DNA of 64,000 bases from the human T2T-CHM13v2.0 reference genome, Homo sapiens, in NCBI RefSeq assembly GCF_009914755.1, contig NC_060939.1; one strand, written 5' to 3'. A model generated the notes under the pieces. The model saw only the letters and a list, made by a program, of their open reading frames with translations, did not search any database and was not told the DNA's origin. A program made the position numbers and the translations under genes. Below are positions 53,820 to 64,000 of this stretch, piece after piece. Each line of letters begins with the position of its first letter. Positions within the stretch are counted from its first letter, which is position 1.

Positions 53820-55349
53820 CTGAAAAGAAAAAAGTTTGGAAAAGCAGAATATAATCAACGTCATACATCAAAATTAGATTCTCCCAGAGCTCCAGCCTGG
53901 CAATTTGGAAATGGGCATAATGTTTTAGCCAGTAGTAAGACACTCAGTGCCTTTGGTTAGGTCATTACCTAAGTCACTTGGCTTTATTCTCATTTATTAA
54001 CTTAAGAAATGCTCCATCTACTGGAATCTTTGATTTCCCAAATTCAGAAACAAGTGTTTTTATTCTGAAGCACATGACCTTCCTGTTTTCCTTGCTTACT
54101 ATTTCTGAAGGGTTGATACATTTAAATTAAGTCTTCATCTCCATATTAAGCAGAATTGAGAGCTTTATTTGCCTGTCTCCTGGTGTGAAATTCAAGACCT
54201 GCTGTTCAAATCAGTATCAGTGCTATGCTAAATCATCTCCATATGCAATTCTAGCCATTCAAAGTCATGGTTTATGCATTTTTTCTTGGCCCTTGCTGAC
54301 ATATTTCTTCATCCCTTTTACTCCGGAAAAGTCCATTAATTCTTGGTGGTTCGTTCCTGGGTAACAATTCTGGCTGAAAACACACTTCACAGAGGGGCTT
54401 TTAAAAATAAAGTTTCCACCTCATTCCCACTGGAAGTCTATATCGGTAGTACTGTGTTTTTAACCTGCCCCACAGGTTTGAGACTGACAGCCCTTCCTAG
54501 GCTACCCTCAACTCCATTCCCACCGACAACCCCCAGCATATTGCTGTTAGACAAAGCTTTCTTTCAAACCACAGAACACTTGGCCTAACTTTTTAGGTTT
54601 AGTTGTACAGCTTGACACATAGTAGGCAATTAATAATTATTTGTTGAATGAATGAATGACATGGCTGGGTATTTCTTCCCAGAACTGCCTACAACTTAAG
54701 ACAACTGCCTTTGTCACAACTTCATAATCTGAATACTCTTGCCCTCATAGGCTTCATCAGTTCAGTCAAAGATCATTACATGCTTTCTACTCAATTATCC
54801 CATTTATCTACAAAGAGAATGCCTCAAAAAAAGGTTAACATAAATGTTTACTATTATTTACTGTTAATGTAATGCCAAAGAAAATGGCGTACAAAATTTA
54901 GTGCTTAATTTAAAAAAATATAAAAACCAAAATACAATGTTACCCTCCCCTCTACCCCAGTCTACACTTATCTATTCTAGTTTCCTCCTGGCTTACATAG
55001 ATCTAATAACATACCCTGGAAGCTTTTTAGGACTGGGCCTTGTCTAGGTCTTGTCTTCTGTTTTAAGACCCTTGGTTAGCTTGCCTAATTGCCAGAACTC
55101 ATGTGGGTTTTCTTGTACTCTAGCTCTAACCCCTACATTGGGGAAAAAGAAAGAGAAAAACATATGCAATTTATCTAATTGTTAAACCAGGGGGGGAAAC
55201 TTAATCCTAGGAAAGACTCTCTCTTGATTTTCTTGTACAATAATCCAATTGAATAATTTCCCTTATATTTTCTCCCTTCCAACACCAGAGGTATAAAGGC
55301 AAACGATGAATAACCTACATTTGCCTGTATTTTGTATTCTAGACTAGGA

Positions 55350-55868
55350 CATTAGTTCTCTAACTTATGGTCTCAGGACCTTCTTTATAATTTTTCAATG
55401 CTGAGTGAGGATTCTAAAAAGTTTTTTTAAGTGAATGTTATCTATCAATATCCATATTAGAAATTAAAAATGAGAAATTTTATTATATCAGTTTTATAAC
55501 ACTAGTTACTATAATTATTATTATTGTAAATCTAACATATAAGCATAAATAACATTTCTATAAAAAAACTATATTTTCCAAAAAAATATTAGTTTGGAGA
55601 TTGGCATTATTTTACATGATTACAGATCTTTGTAACATCTAGTTTAATAAAAGAGGGTTGGATTCCCATATCTGTTTCTGCATTCATTCTGTTGTGACAT
55701 CACATGTCACGTGGCTTCTGCAAAACTCCATGGTATACTCATGAGAAAAAGAATGAAAAAGATAAATAATAGTGATATTATAATGAAAATACTTTTGTCC
55801 TTGTGCATCCTCTGAAAAACTCACAAAGTTCCCTAAGGTTCCCTGGACCACACATTTAGAATCACTGG
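55350..55868. mobile_element. Charlie1-derived hAT element (MER119-like)
   Basis: gttctctaacttatggtctcaggacc...ggaccacacatttagaatcactg; related to 14156-14547 in the opposite orientation. Confidence 0.75.
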
Positions 55869-56329
55869 TCTGGAAGAATCACAAACTGATTGTGATTTGT
55901 GTAAATCCCTTACCATCACTGTATCTCAGTTTCTACATGTAAAAAGGAGATGTTTAAACAATCTAACTTCAAAGGTCCTTTGCAGCAGTACAATTTTCTG
56001 ATTCAATAAATACTTTCCATCCCTGATACTTTCCCTTAACCTAGTATTTGTCCCTTTAAATTTGATTTTGTGGAAATCCAATTTCATGGAATCCTGCTTA
56101 TGTTTACTCATTAAACATTTGCTTTAGCAGCAAGTTTTATATCTCTTTTCTTCCAAGCCTTCTGGTCATTTCTGTTCAAAGTTAATAAAATCTAAGTCAT
56201 TTCAGAAGTTAGTATTTCTTAAATAAACTAAAAAGGACATAGTTTTAAATGGTCACGATAACATATGGCCAGAACTTGGACAAAGGTTACAGTTTTTAGG
56301 TTATAAAATCTTCTCCCAATGCTTTCCAT

Positions 56330-57050
56330 TTAAATATTAGTGTTCTTCAGAGATTTACTTGGGGTCTTTTTTTTATCTTCCCATCCTTCATACTGTCCCT
56401 GGGCAACTGCATCATTTCTATGGCTTCAGGTTCCAACACCAGGCTGTTTTCAAATGTGTATCTCCTGTCCAATCCATCTCTAGCACTCCATTCTGACCTG
56501 CACATCCGACTACCAGTTGAAAATCTCTTGGATATGCTCAAGCACACCAAACTCATACTGGACATATTACCCTCCTCCAATAATTAGCTACTCCTCTTAT
56601 ATCCCCAGTCTTAGTAATCAGCTTCACCATCCATTCAGTCTCCCAAATCAGAAATCTAGGCATCACTCACAGTTCTCCCTTCACCAACCATACATCTAAG
56701 GGAAGCTACGGATTTCTCTTGCCACTTCTCTCTTGCCTAGAAAATCACTTTAACCTAACTGGTTTTACCCATTCCAGTACTGCTTCCTTCCAGACTCTTC
56801 TGTATATTCCAGTTACAGTCATCTTCATGCTGCTGCTTAGAATCCTGCAATAGCTTCCCTCTCCCTTCTATTAAGTTTGGACTCCTTGACATGACATATA
56901 GAGCTTATTAACAGCTGCACTATCCAGTCTGTTTTACCATGTTCTCTTGGAGGCAGCCACATAGAACTACCTTTCAACTTTTCACATTCTCCCTTAGCTT
57001 GAAGGCCCTGGAACATAGGGGGAACTTAAATCAATATTTACTTAATTAAG
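56330..57050 (+). mobile_element. L2 fragments
   Basis: atctcttggatatgctc...caaactca, caccatccattcagtctcccaaatcagaaatctagg. Confidence 0.6.
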
Positions 57051-58384
57051 ATGAACCAAAATTGTGCACAATTTATTGAAAGAAGAAGCTATGCCTTTGT
57101 GACATAAAGGAAAGAAAAAATGTCACAAATGGCTTCCAGTTAGATGCAACAGCAGCACTGTGAAGGGTGGTAAATAATTCTATTTTGCCATATTGCCGCT
57201 GTTCATACATCTACACAGAGAAATGCCTGTCACATGACAGTGTGATTTGTACTTTGATAATCTTGAAAAAGTTTAGAGTTGAGCAACTTTTATCTAAAGA
57301 TCTCGTAAGAGCCTTCCAAGAAGCTTCTTGTAATTTCTTCTTCTTTAACGGTTATCTGCCACTTGCCCCTGTTAATAGCTATCTCTGAATTTTATCTCTG
57401 TATTTCTATTTACAGAATTAGTAGAATTGGTCCTTCCAAAACTATATAATGTCATTTATATTTTTTACTAATATAGTATATTCTGTTCCCTCTGGAAAAA
57501 AATCCTTTATAGAAATCAATTTTTATGTAGATACTTCTGACTTAAATCAGGGCTCTTTCTTCAGAATGAAAGTACTACTGGTATTGAAATTATACATTGA
57601 TGATTTAGTGAATAATGGCTGCCACCCAAAAACAAGGAAGCAGAAGAGGGAGGAGGAGAAAGGGGAGGATCAGCAGCAACAGAAGCAATGCCTGAGCCTT
57701 TGCATCAGGGTGTTGTTCCTACAGACCAACCCATGTGACGATCATGAGACCAGGATTGTTTTCTGCCTTGTTATCATGCAAAGACTTTTCTGCCCTGGTA
57801 GAGTCCCTCTAAAAATCCTCCTGATTAAAAACCAAGCAGAATAAAAATAAATCCAGCAAACCTTCATGCATTCTGTGGTAGAGCACTACCTTTCCTCATA
57901 TGGGATCCATTAAGGCAAACATCTGATGTTTGTGGTTAGGCTGCAATTTCTCCACAGCCTGTAATGGTGACCAATGCTGAGGAAAAGCCAAACATCTCCC
58001 TGTGTAGCAATTTTAGGTTTTTGTCAACACCCTCAGAGCAAAAAGAAACCAACTCTGGGCCAAACCAACATCAATAACACCTTCCCTGAGGCTGTAAATA
58101 GAAGATAGCTCCTGCTGATACAACATTAAGCCAACACCTAGAACGGCATGCGTGCTCATCAGTGGCACTGGTGATGACTTCCCTGTTGTCAAAACATAAA
58201 AATAAAAATAAACATTCTCAGATGTTATTTGGTTTTTACCTGCTGAGAGCCATCTTTCAAGGCTAGTTTCTAGTAGTTAGAGACCAAAAACCCTACTGTT
58301 ACGTATAAACACTTTTTAAATAGTAAGAAATTGATTAAATACCATGAGTAGGATATTCATAATTTACAAAGTGCTGGGTTGAGT

Positions 58385-60900
58385 AGTATTTCATAAACAT
58401 TTATAGAAAACTTATCATGTGCCAAGCTCTGTGCTTTGCCTTGGGCAGTTTAGGAAGACTAAGGTACAGCACTTGCCTGAGGTAGCACACAGTTTAATGA
58501 CTAGGATAGTTGTGAGTGTCATGGAACTAATACCACACTGGTGTTATGAACAAGGCATTCTGGGGAACACAGAAGAATGTGGTTATTTGGAGAATAGAAA
58601 AAGAATTGAAAAATGGGTAACATTTGAATTGGACATTACCAGATGAGTAGTAGGGAACATTTCCAAGAAGAGAAGTGGGGGAAAGGAGTATTCAAGACAG
58701 GAGAACAGCATGTCCAAAGGGTATAACAGCAACAATGCATCCAGGGATGGTGAGGTCTAGTTGAGCTCAAAGTTTTGGAAAGTAGAAGAAAAGTAGATTG
58801 AGATCAGATTGCAAATAATTTTGCACGTCATACTAATGACTTTTTCTTTTAAGGTTTGGGAAGCCACCTATGCTTTTTAAGTAGGGGGTAGTAAAATCAG
58901 GCCTATGTTTTAGAAAGAATATCCTGGTGACAGCATAGAGGATTATTTTAAAAGCGAATAATTTTGAAGATATTACAATAATACAAGCAAGCAGTGACAA
59001 GAAACTTAACTAAGGCAGGGTACTGGGAATTAGGAAAAAAGGACAAAAAGCTTTCATGATTAAAAAGGGGTTTATGAGGCCATTTTAATAAATATTATTC
59101 TGATGCCTCTGAGGAGAGACTTACAAACAGGGTGACAATAGAATATTCTAGAGATGTTAAGGCCTGAGACTGGAAGAGAAGGAGATGGATTAGAGAAATG
59201 TCTCAAACATCTCTGGGGAAAATAATGGATAGTATTTGAGGATCTATTAGTCTAGAGAAGTGGTCCCCAAACTGTGATTCCCTGACCAGTGGCATCAGCA
59301 TCACCCACAAGCTTGTTAGAAATGCAAATTGGTGGGCCCCACCTCAGACCAGCTAAATCAGACTAGAGGCTGAGGCCCAGCAATCTGTATTGTAACAAGC
59401 CCTCCTGGTGACGCTGATGGGAGGTAAAGTTTGAGAACCATCAGCCAAGGGGCACAAAAGCTATGGAAAAAAGTGAGTGAGCTATAATAGGCCTTAAAAG
59501 ACCAGATTTTGGAAAACCTGGGTTCACATATCTGATCTGCCTCTTACCCAACTGTGCCACAAGTTGTGTTACAGCTGTGTGACAATCTTTGGCAAGTTAC
59601 TTAAAATCTTTGCATTTAGTCTCCTCTTGTCTTAAATGGGACATGCATGTTACATGCAGTTGCAACGATTCAATAAAAGAATTCATTATAAAGTTCATGG
59701 ACAAGCATACAATGAGAGAGGTAACTGTGAATTTTAATACAGATTATAGAAAGAACTATAGTTGTGAGAAAGAAAGTTCCATATTTGACATAAAACTTTA
59801 GGTAACAATCCAGTGACAGGACATAACGGAAGCTGAAAATGTGTGTTTGGACTCTAGAAAGAGATCGAAGCTAAACAGCTGTATAAGAAGGTCACAGAAT
59901 ATAAGCAATAGCTACCACCATGTATGTGGTCAAGATCATCCAAGAAGAACACAGGAGCTAAAAAGAGAAAAGGACATCAATATTGAAGAATGGGATGAAG
60001 GAGAATAGTCAGCAAAGGAGCTTGAGAAAGAAAACAATGGGACAAGAAGAGAAACAGGAGCCAGAAAGTTTACGGAGACCAAAACAGGAGTGTCAAGAAA
60101 ACAGGGCCAACAGTCTCAAATACTACTAAGTTTAAAAAAATAGATAGATGAACAGATTAATAAGGAAAAGCCATTGGACTGGGAAGTTACAAGGTTAATG
60201 GAAACCTCTGAGAAAGCATTTCTTCTTGAGTAGAGGAAGAAGAAACTTAACCCTAATGGGATGAAAAGAGTAAGAAAGGCAAGAAGCAAAAACTGACCTG
60301 AGAAACTAATCTGGGATGGAAAGCAGAAAAATATAGTGGCAAAGTCAGTGGACACCAGCATATGAAGAATATTTTTAAGGAAACAGGAGGATAATATAGT
60401 TGTGGGCTGAAGGAAGGAGCCAGTAATTGAGAAATTGAAGGCAAAAGCAAGAAGTGAGCAAGCAAGGAGGGATAAGGAATGGGACTGGAAAAACCTTCAG
60501 CTTTGAAAAGGAAAAAGAGCAATTGTTTTCTGATGCAGGAGAGTAAATTATTAAAGATACAGCTTAGGGATGAAGGGGGAGGATGGGGAAAAGACTTAAT
60601 GGTGTGCATTCCTGAGGGCCTTTATTTTCTTAGAGAAATAGGAGATGAATTTAGCTTTCAAGAGTAAAGAAGATTGTAGCAGTGTTGAGAACTTGAGGAA
60701 ACAGCCAAGGTTTAGAATATCTATTGTGAAAATGGAAAAAGGCACTAAATATGAATGAGAGGGACATTGACACAGCACTAAGAGTTAGCATTGAGTCAGG
60801 AAAGCACAGATTTGTTGTGGTGCTAAATATAATATTAGGTGGTCCTCTCCAGCAATGGAGGTGGACAGAGAAAATGAATGCTAATGAGGAGGCTGAGGAC
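58385..60900 (-). mobile_element. Long decayed L2 tract interrupted by MER5A and MIR
   Basis: Purine-rich L2-like motifs (ttttagaaagaatatcctgg, aagccattggactggg); boundaries approximate. Confidence 0.5.
59258..59443. mobile_element. MER5A
   Basis: gcatcagcatcacc...cttgttagaaatgcaaatt...gggccccacctcagacc...aacaagccctcc...aagtttgagaacca. Confidence 0.85.
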
Positions 60901-60954
60901 GATGTTCACAACAACTGTCATGTGCCAAGCAATTTAGAAACTCATCCGGAGCCA

Positions 60955-61285
60955 GTACTGTATAGTGAACAAGTGAATGGGCTATGCAGTCACACTTCCT
61001 AGGTCTGAATCCCAGCTATTCTACTTCAAACTATGCGAACCTGGGCAAGTTACTCAACCTTTCTGTGTCTTAGTTTCATTATCTGTTAATGGGTATAAAT
61101 ATAATAGTTCCTACCTTATTAGGATTGTTGGGACAATTGAATAAATTAATTCATGGAGAGCATTTTTGTGGTTTATTTTTAAAATTTTTTTATATTTTTA
61201 TTGATACATTGTACATACTCATATAAGGCATTTAGAACAGTGCTGGGCACATAATGAGCACTTGATAAATGTTAGTTATATATCA
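60955..61285 (+). mobile_element. MIR
   Basis: cctgggcaagttactcaacctttctgtgtcttagtttcattatctg...cagtgctgggcacataa. Confidence 0.75.
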
Positions 61286-61444
61286 CTGCAGTATTGAGGC
61301 TAGGTTGAGCAACACAAGAGTTTATACATAAAGTTTCAAAACTATCACAACCCTCAGCACATAGCCAAAAGTGAAATTAATCCTTGAAAAGCATAACCAC
61401 AACAGTATGAAAAGATCAAAAATAGTCTTAGCTACCAACCATAC

Positions 61445-61633
61445 CTATGACAGACATCCTTTTTCTGGTGTTGTTGAAATCCAAAAAGGCAAGTAATTGA
61501 TAAGTAACTAGTGTTCCCAATTCTTCTATTGTTATGGTCTCTGGGGTCCGGGATTTAAAAATGAACCCAAAATTTCTAGCGGCAGTCACTAGAGCCCCTT
61601 CATCAGGTGACTGAACTTGGTAAATCAGCTCTC
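61445..61633 (-). CDS. ATP8B4: Coding exon A (189 nt, phase 1-1), N domain: (G)[22 protein letters not shown]...[12 protein letters not shown](V)
   Basis: Acceptor ttttag|GA; donor ATAG|gtatgg; SPDEGAL and RKRMS P4-ATPase motifs; overlaps ORF 61428-61661. Confidence 0.96.
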
Positions 61634-62809
61634 CTAAAAGGTAAAGAAACAAGTGTATCAATACTGACTAACAGCTAACATTCATAGAGTTCCAATGCCA
61701 ACTCCAACTCAGTATTTAACACCCAACTCAAGCATCAGGTCTAAAAATCTTTCCTGTCCTCAGATCTTTTCTACTCACCAACAGCTCAATCTGGTATCTG
61801 TCCTCTGGGATACCATAGGACTCTATGCATATCACTGCTATAGCCCTTGTCATCTTATAGGAAAACATCCATTTCTGAGTCTGCCTCTTCACTGTGCTCA
61901 GTTTCTTAGGTTAGAGATCAAACCTTTGTATTTTCTGTGACTAGAGATGTGCCATGAATGTTTTGTAAACTAAAACATTTTAATATATATTAACCCAAAT
62001 AATCCTCAGGGCAGCCTTTGAGGTAGAGATTATTAAAATTATTATTTCCATTTTATACTGGTGGAACCTATGACTGAAAGAGGTTACATGAGTTTGATGA
62101 GATCACACAGCTAAAGAGTGATGGAGAGATACTCCAAATTCTACTTCAGTCTGCCACTAATGACCATTTTATGAGAATGCATACAAGAAATCCCTTGAAA
62201 TGTAAGAAATCAAACCAGGATATTAATACTTGTTACCTGATATTATGTGTAGTTGGAGTGGGGGTAAGAGGGGAGAGGAGACAAAAAGAATAAAATAAGT
62301 TATATGTATATATACATATAGAGAGAGAGAGTTTATAAAACAGCATATATAAAGTAAGCCCTTATATAAAATTATATTATATTTATATGTAAAAATTAAT
62401 TTGAAAATTAATTAATGTTTAAAGACTATTAATTAGGCAGAGCTAGACCCATATTTCCTGATTTATAGTCATGTCCAAGATAATTGTTAAGTAAACAAGT
62501 TGCATATTAATGGCTATACTATGAGTTCTTTTTGTTAAAAAGAAACAAATCACCTAAATATCTAGAAATATTCTTGAATATATGTATATATTTATGAGCC
62601 AGAGGAAAGGGTGAAATGATACACACTAGATGTTACCAGTGGTTACCTCTGTAGGGGTGAGACTGGAGTTCAGGGAAGCTACCATTAGCTTCACCTTTAT
62701 AAATTTTTGTATTGTATTGTTCCACTTAATACAATAGACATGAATGAATTTTTGAAATTCACAAAAGGAAAAAACTTAAAGCAATTACTTGATCTACCCA
62801 CGAAATAAC

Positions 62810-63640
62810 ATAAGTTCTACCTCTGGTAACATGGTGGAATGGGTGTCAGGACCAATCTCAACTGCTACAAACAACTATAAAAGCATTTTAATATTCTTAA
62901 ATACATTCATGAACTTGCAAGAAAGTAAGAACTGTTCAGGTCAGAGACTGAGAAAAAGAACACTTAAGGGATTAAAGAAGCACATTAGCCAGCATTTGCC
63001 TTGAGGGTGTTTTCTGAACCAGGAGAACTTGATCATTGGTTTTCAATGTCTCTGGGCTTTAATTTAAAAAGCCATAGCCCAGTACCTGTCTAAGGTGAGA
63101 GTCCAGTGAAAGATGGCCTCTCAAAACTGGGTCCCCCAAAGACTACTCTCAATATAAGGGTAAACTGGACACCCATGCCCCCTTGAAGAGGGCTTGGAAT
63201 AAAACTTGCCTAAATAGAACCCTCCTTATAATTGGAAGGGAAAAAAATATCTGCCAAGAATTTATAACCAATCACTGACTCTCATGTAAACTTGCATTCT
63301 GAATTCACAATATCTAGGTGGCCTGAAAGAAATCAAGTTGAAACTTTAGCTTAAAATGTTTCTACATTAGAACATTGAAGCAAATGTAAATCCTTTCTGG
63401 AGGAACCAACTGGACCCAAAAAATTTATATAAATTAAGTTCAAAGTGAAATGGTCAGCTCACAGTGAAAAGTATAAAACAACAACAAGTAAAACCTAAGA
63501 ACCAACAGAAACAATGCAGAATAAGATCTGAAAAAAAAATTAGATATTGGAAGTATCAGAAACAGCACATGCAATATATTTAACAGATTTCAAGAAATAA
63601 AATTGAGATATAAAATTAAACAGATTTGAGAAAGAACCAA
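62810..63640 (+). mobile_element. Ancient L1M 5'/ORF1-proximal fragment
   Basis: ttctacctctggtaacatgg start, aaatgtaaatcctttctggagga, cagatattgg-like motif; weak. Confidence 0.4.
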
Positions 63641-64000
63641 AGACCTTGTAGGAAGAATTAGTGGGCTGAGGAAAACATATAAATGGAATAGATTAGGTTC
63701 AACTAGGGCAAGAAGCCAGTTCACTATACCATTATCTACCTGTCTCACAGCTTCAAAATGTTAAGTGGCCCAAGCGGTTTTGTTCTATCCTATGAACCCT
63801 GAGTTCCAAACAACCATCTCACAAGTGTGAGGACCTTCTCATAATGGAGCCTAAATAAGACTATTCTAATATCAAGGTCAATTTATCTCTGTTACTGGGA
63901 AAATTCATTCTAAGCATATGTCTGAAGGTCATCTGCATCTATTAGATATGCATACTAATAATGAGAGATGTGTGACTCAACTGTATTTCAGTATTTGTCC

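Noticed and set aside
57059-57074. Perfect 16-bp palindrome AAATTGTGCACAATTT
   Set aside because: One or two of this length are expected by chance in 64 kb of AT-rich DNA.
61631-61636. TAGGAG tandem (NAGNAG) acceptor at exon A
   Set aside because: GAG distal acceptors are rarely used; nothing here supports use.

Overview
Primate (very likely human) genomic DNA lying wholly inside a minus-strand P4-ATPase phospholipid flippase gene, best matching ATP8B4. Ten GT-AG coding exons (61633 down to 6621; 1,574 nt spliced) join in one continuous frame. They encode the N domain ([25 protein letters not shown]), the P domain ([17 protein letters not shown]) and the membrane segments from TM5 onward. 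Three of these exons (49164-49275, 47259-47364, 9719-9802) are absent from the supplied ORF track. The rest is intron rich in transposon fossils: a near full-length L1MA-type element antisense to the gene, eight dimeric Alus plus one monomer, hAT DNA transposons, and L2/MIR/L3/L1M fragments. I see no convincing new gene or new biological system. The best leads are a dense myeloid-type transcription-factor motif cluster (8480-9340), an AluJ carrying three fold-back hairpins (43127-43477), a closely spaced inverted Alu pair, an AATAAA overlapping a splice acceptor, and nested insertions with readable target-site duplications (TSDs). Gene and repeat family names are from recall, not from database searches.
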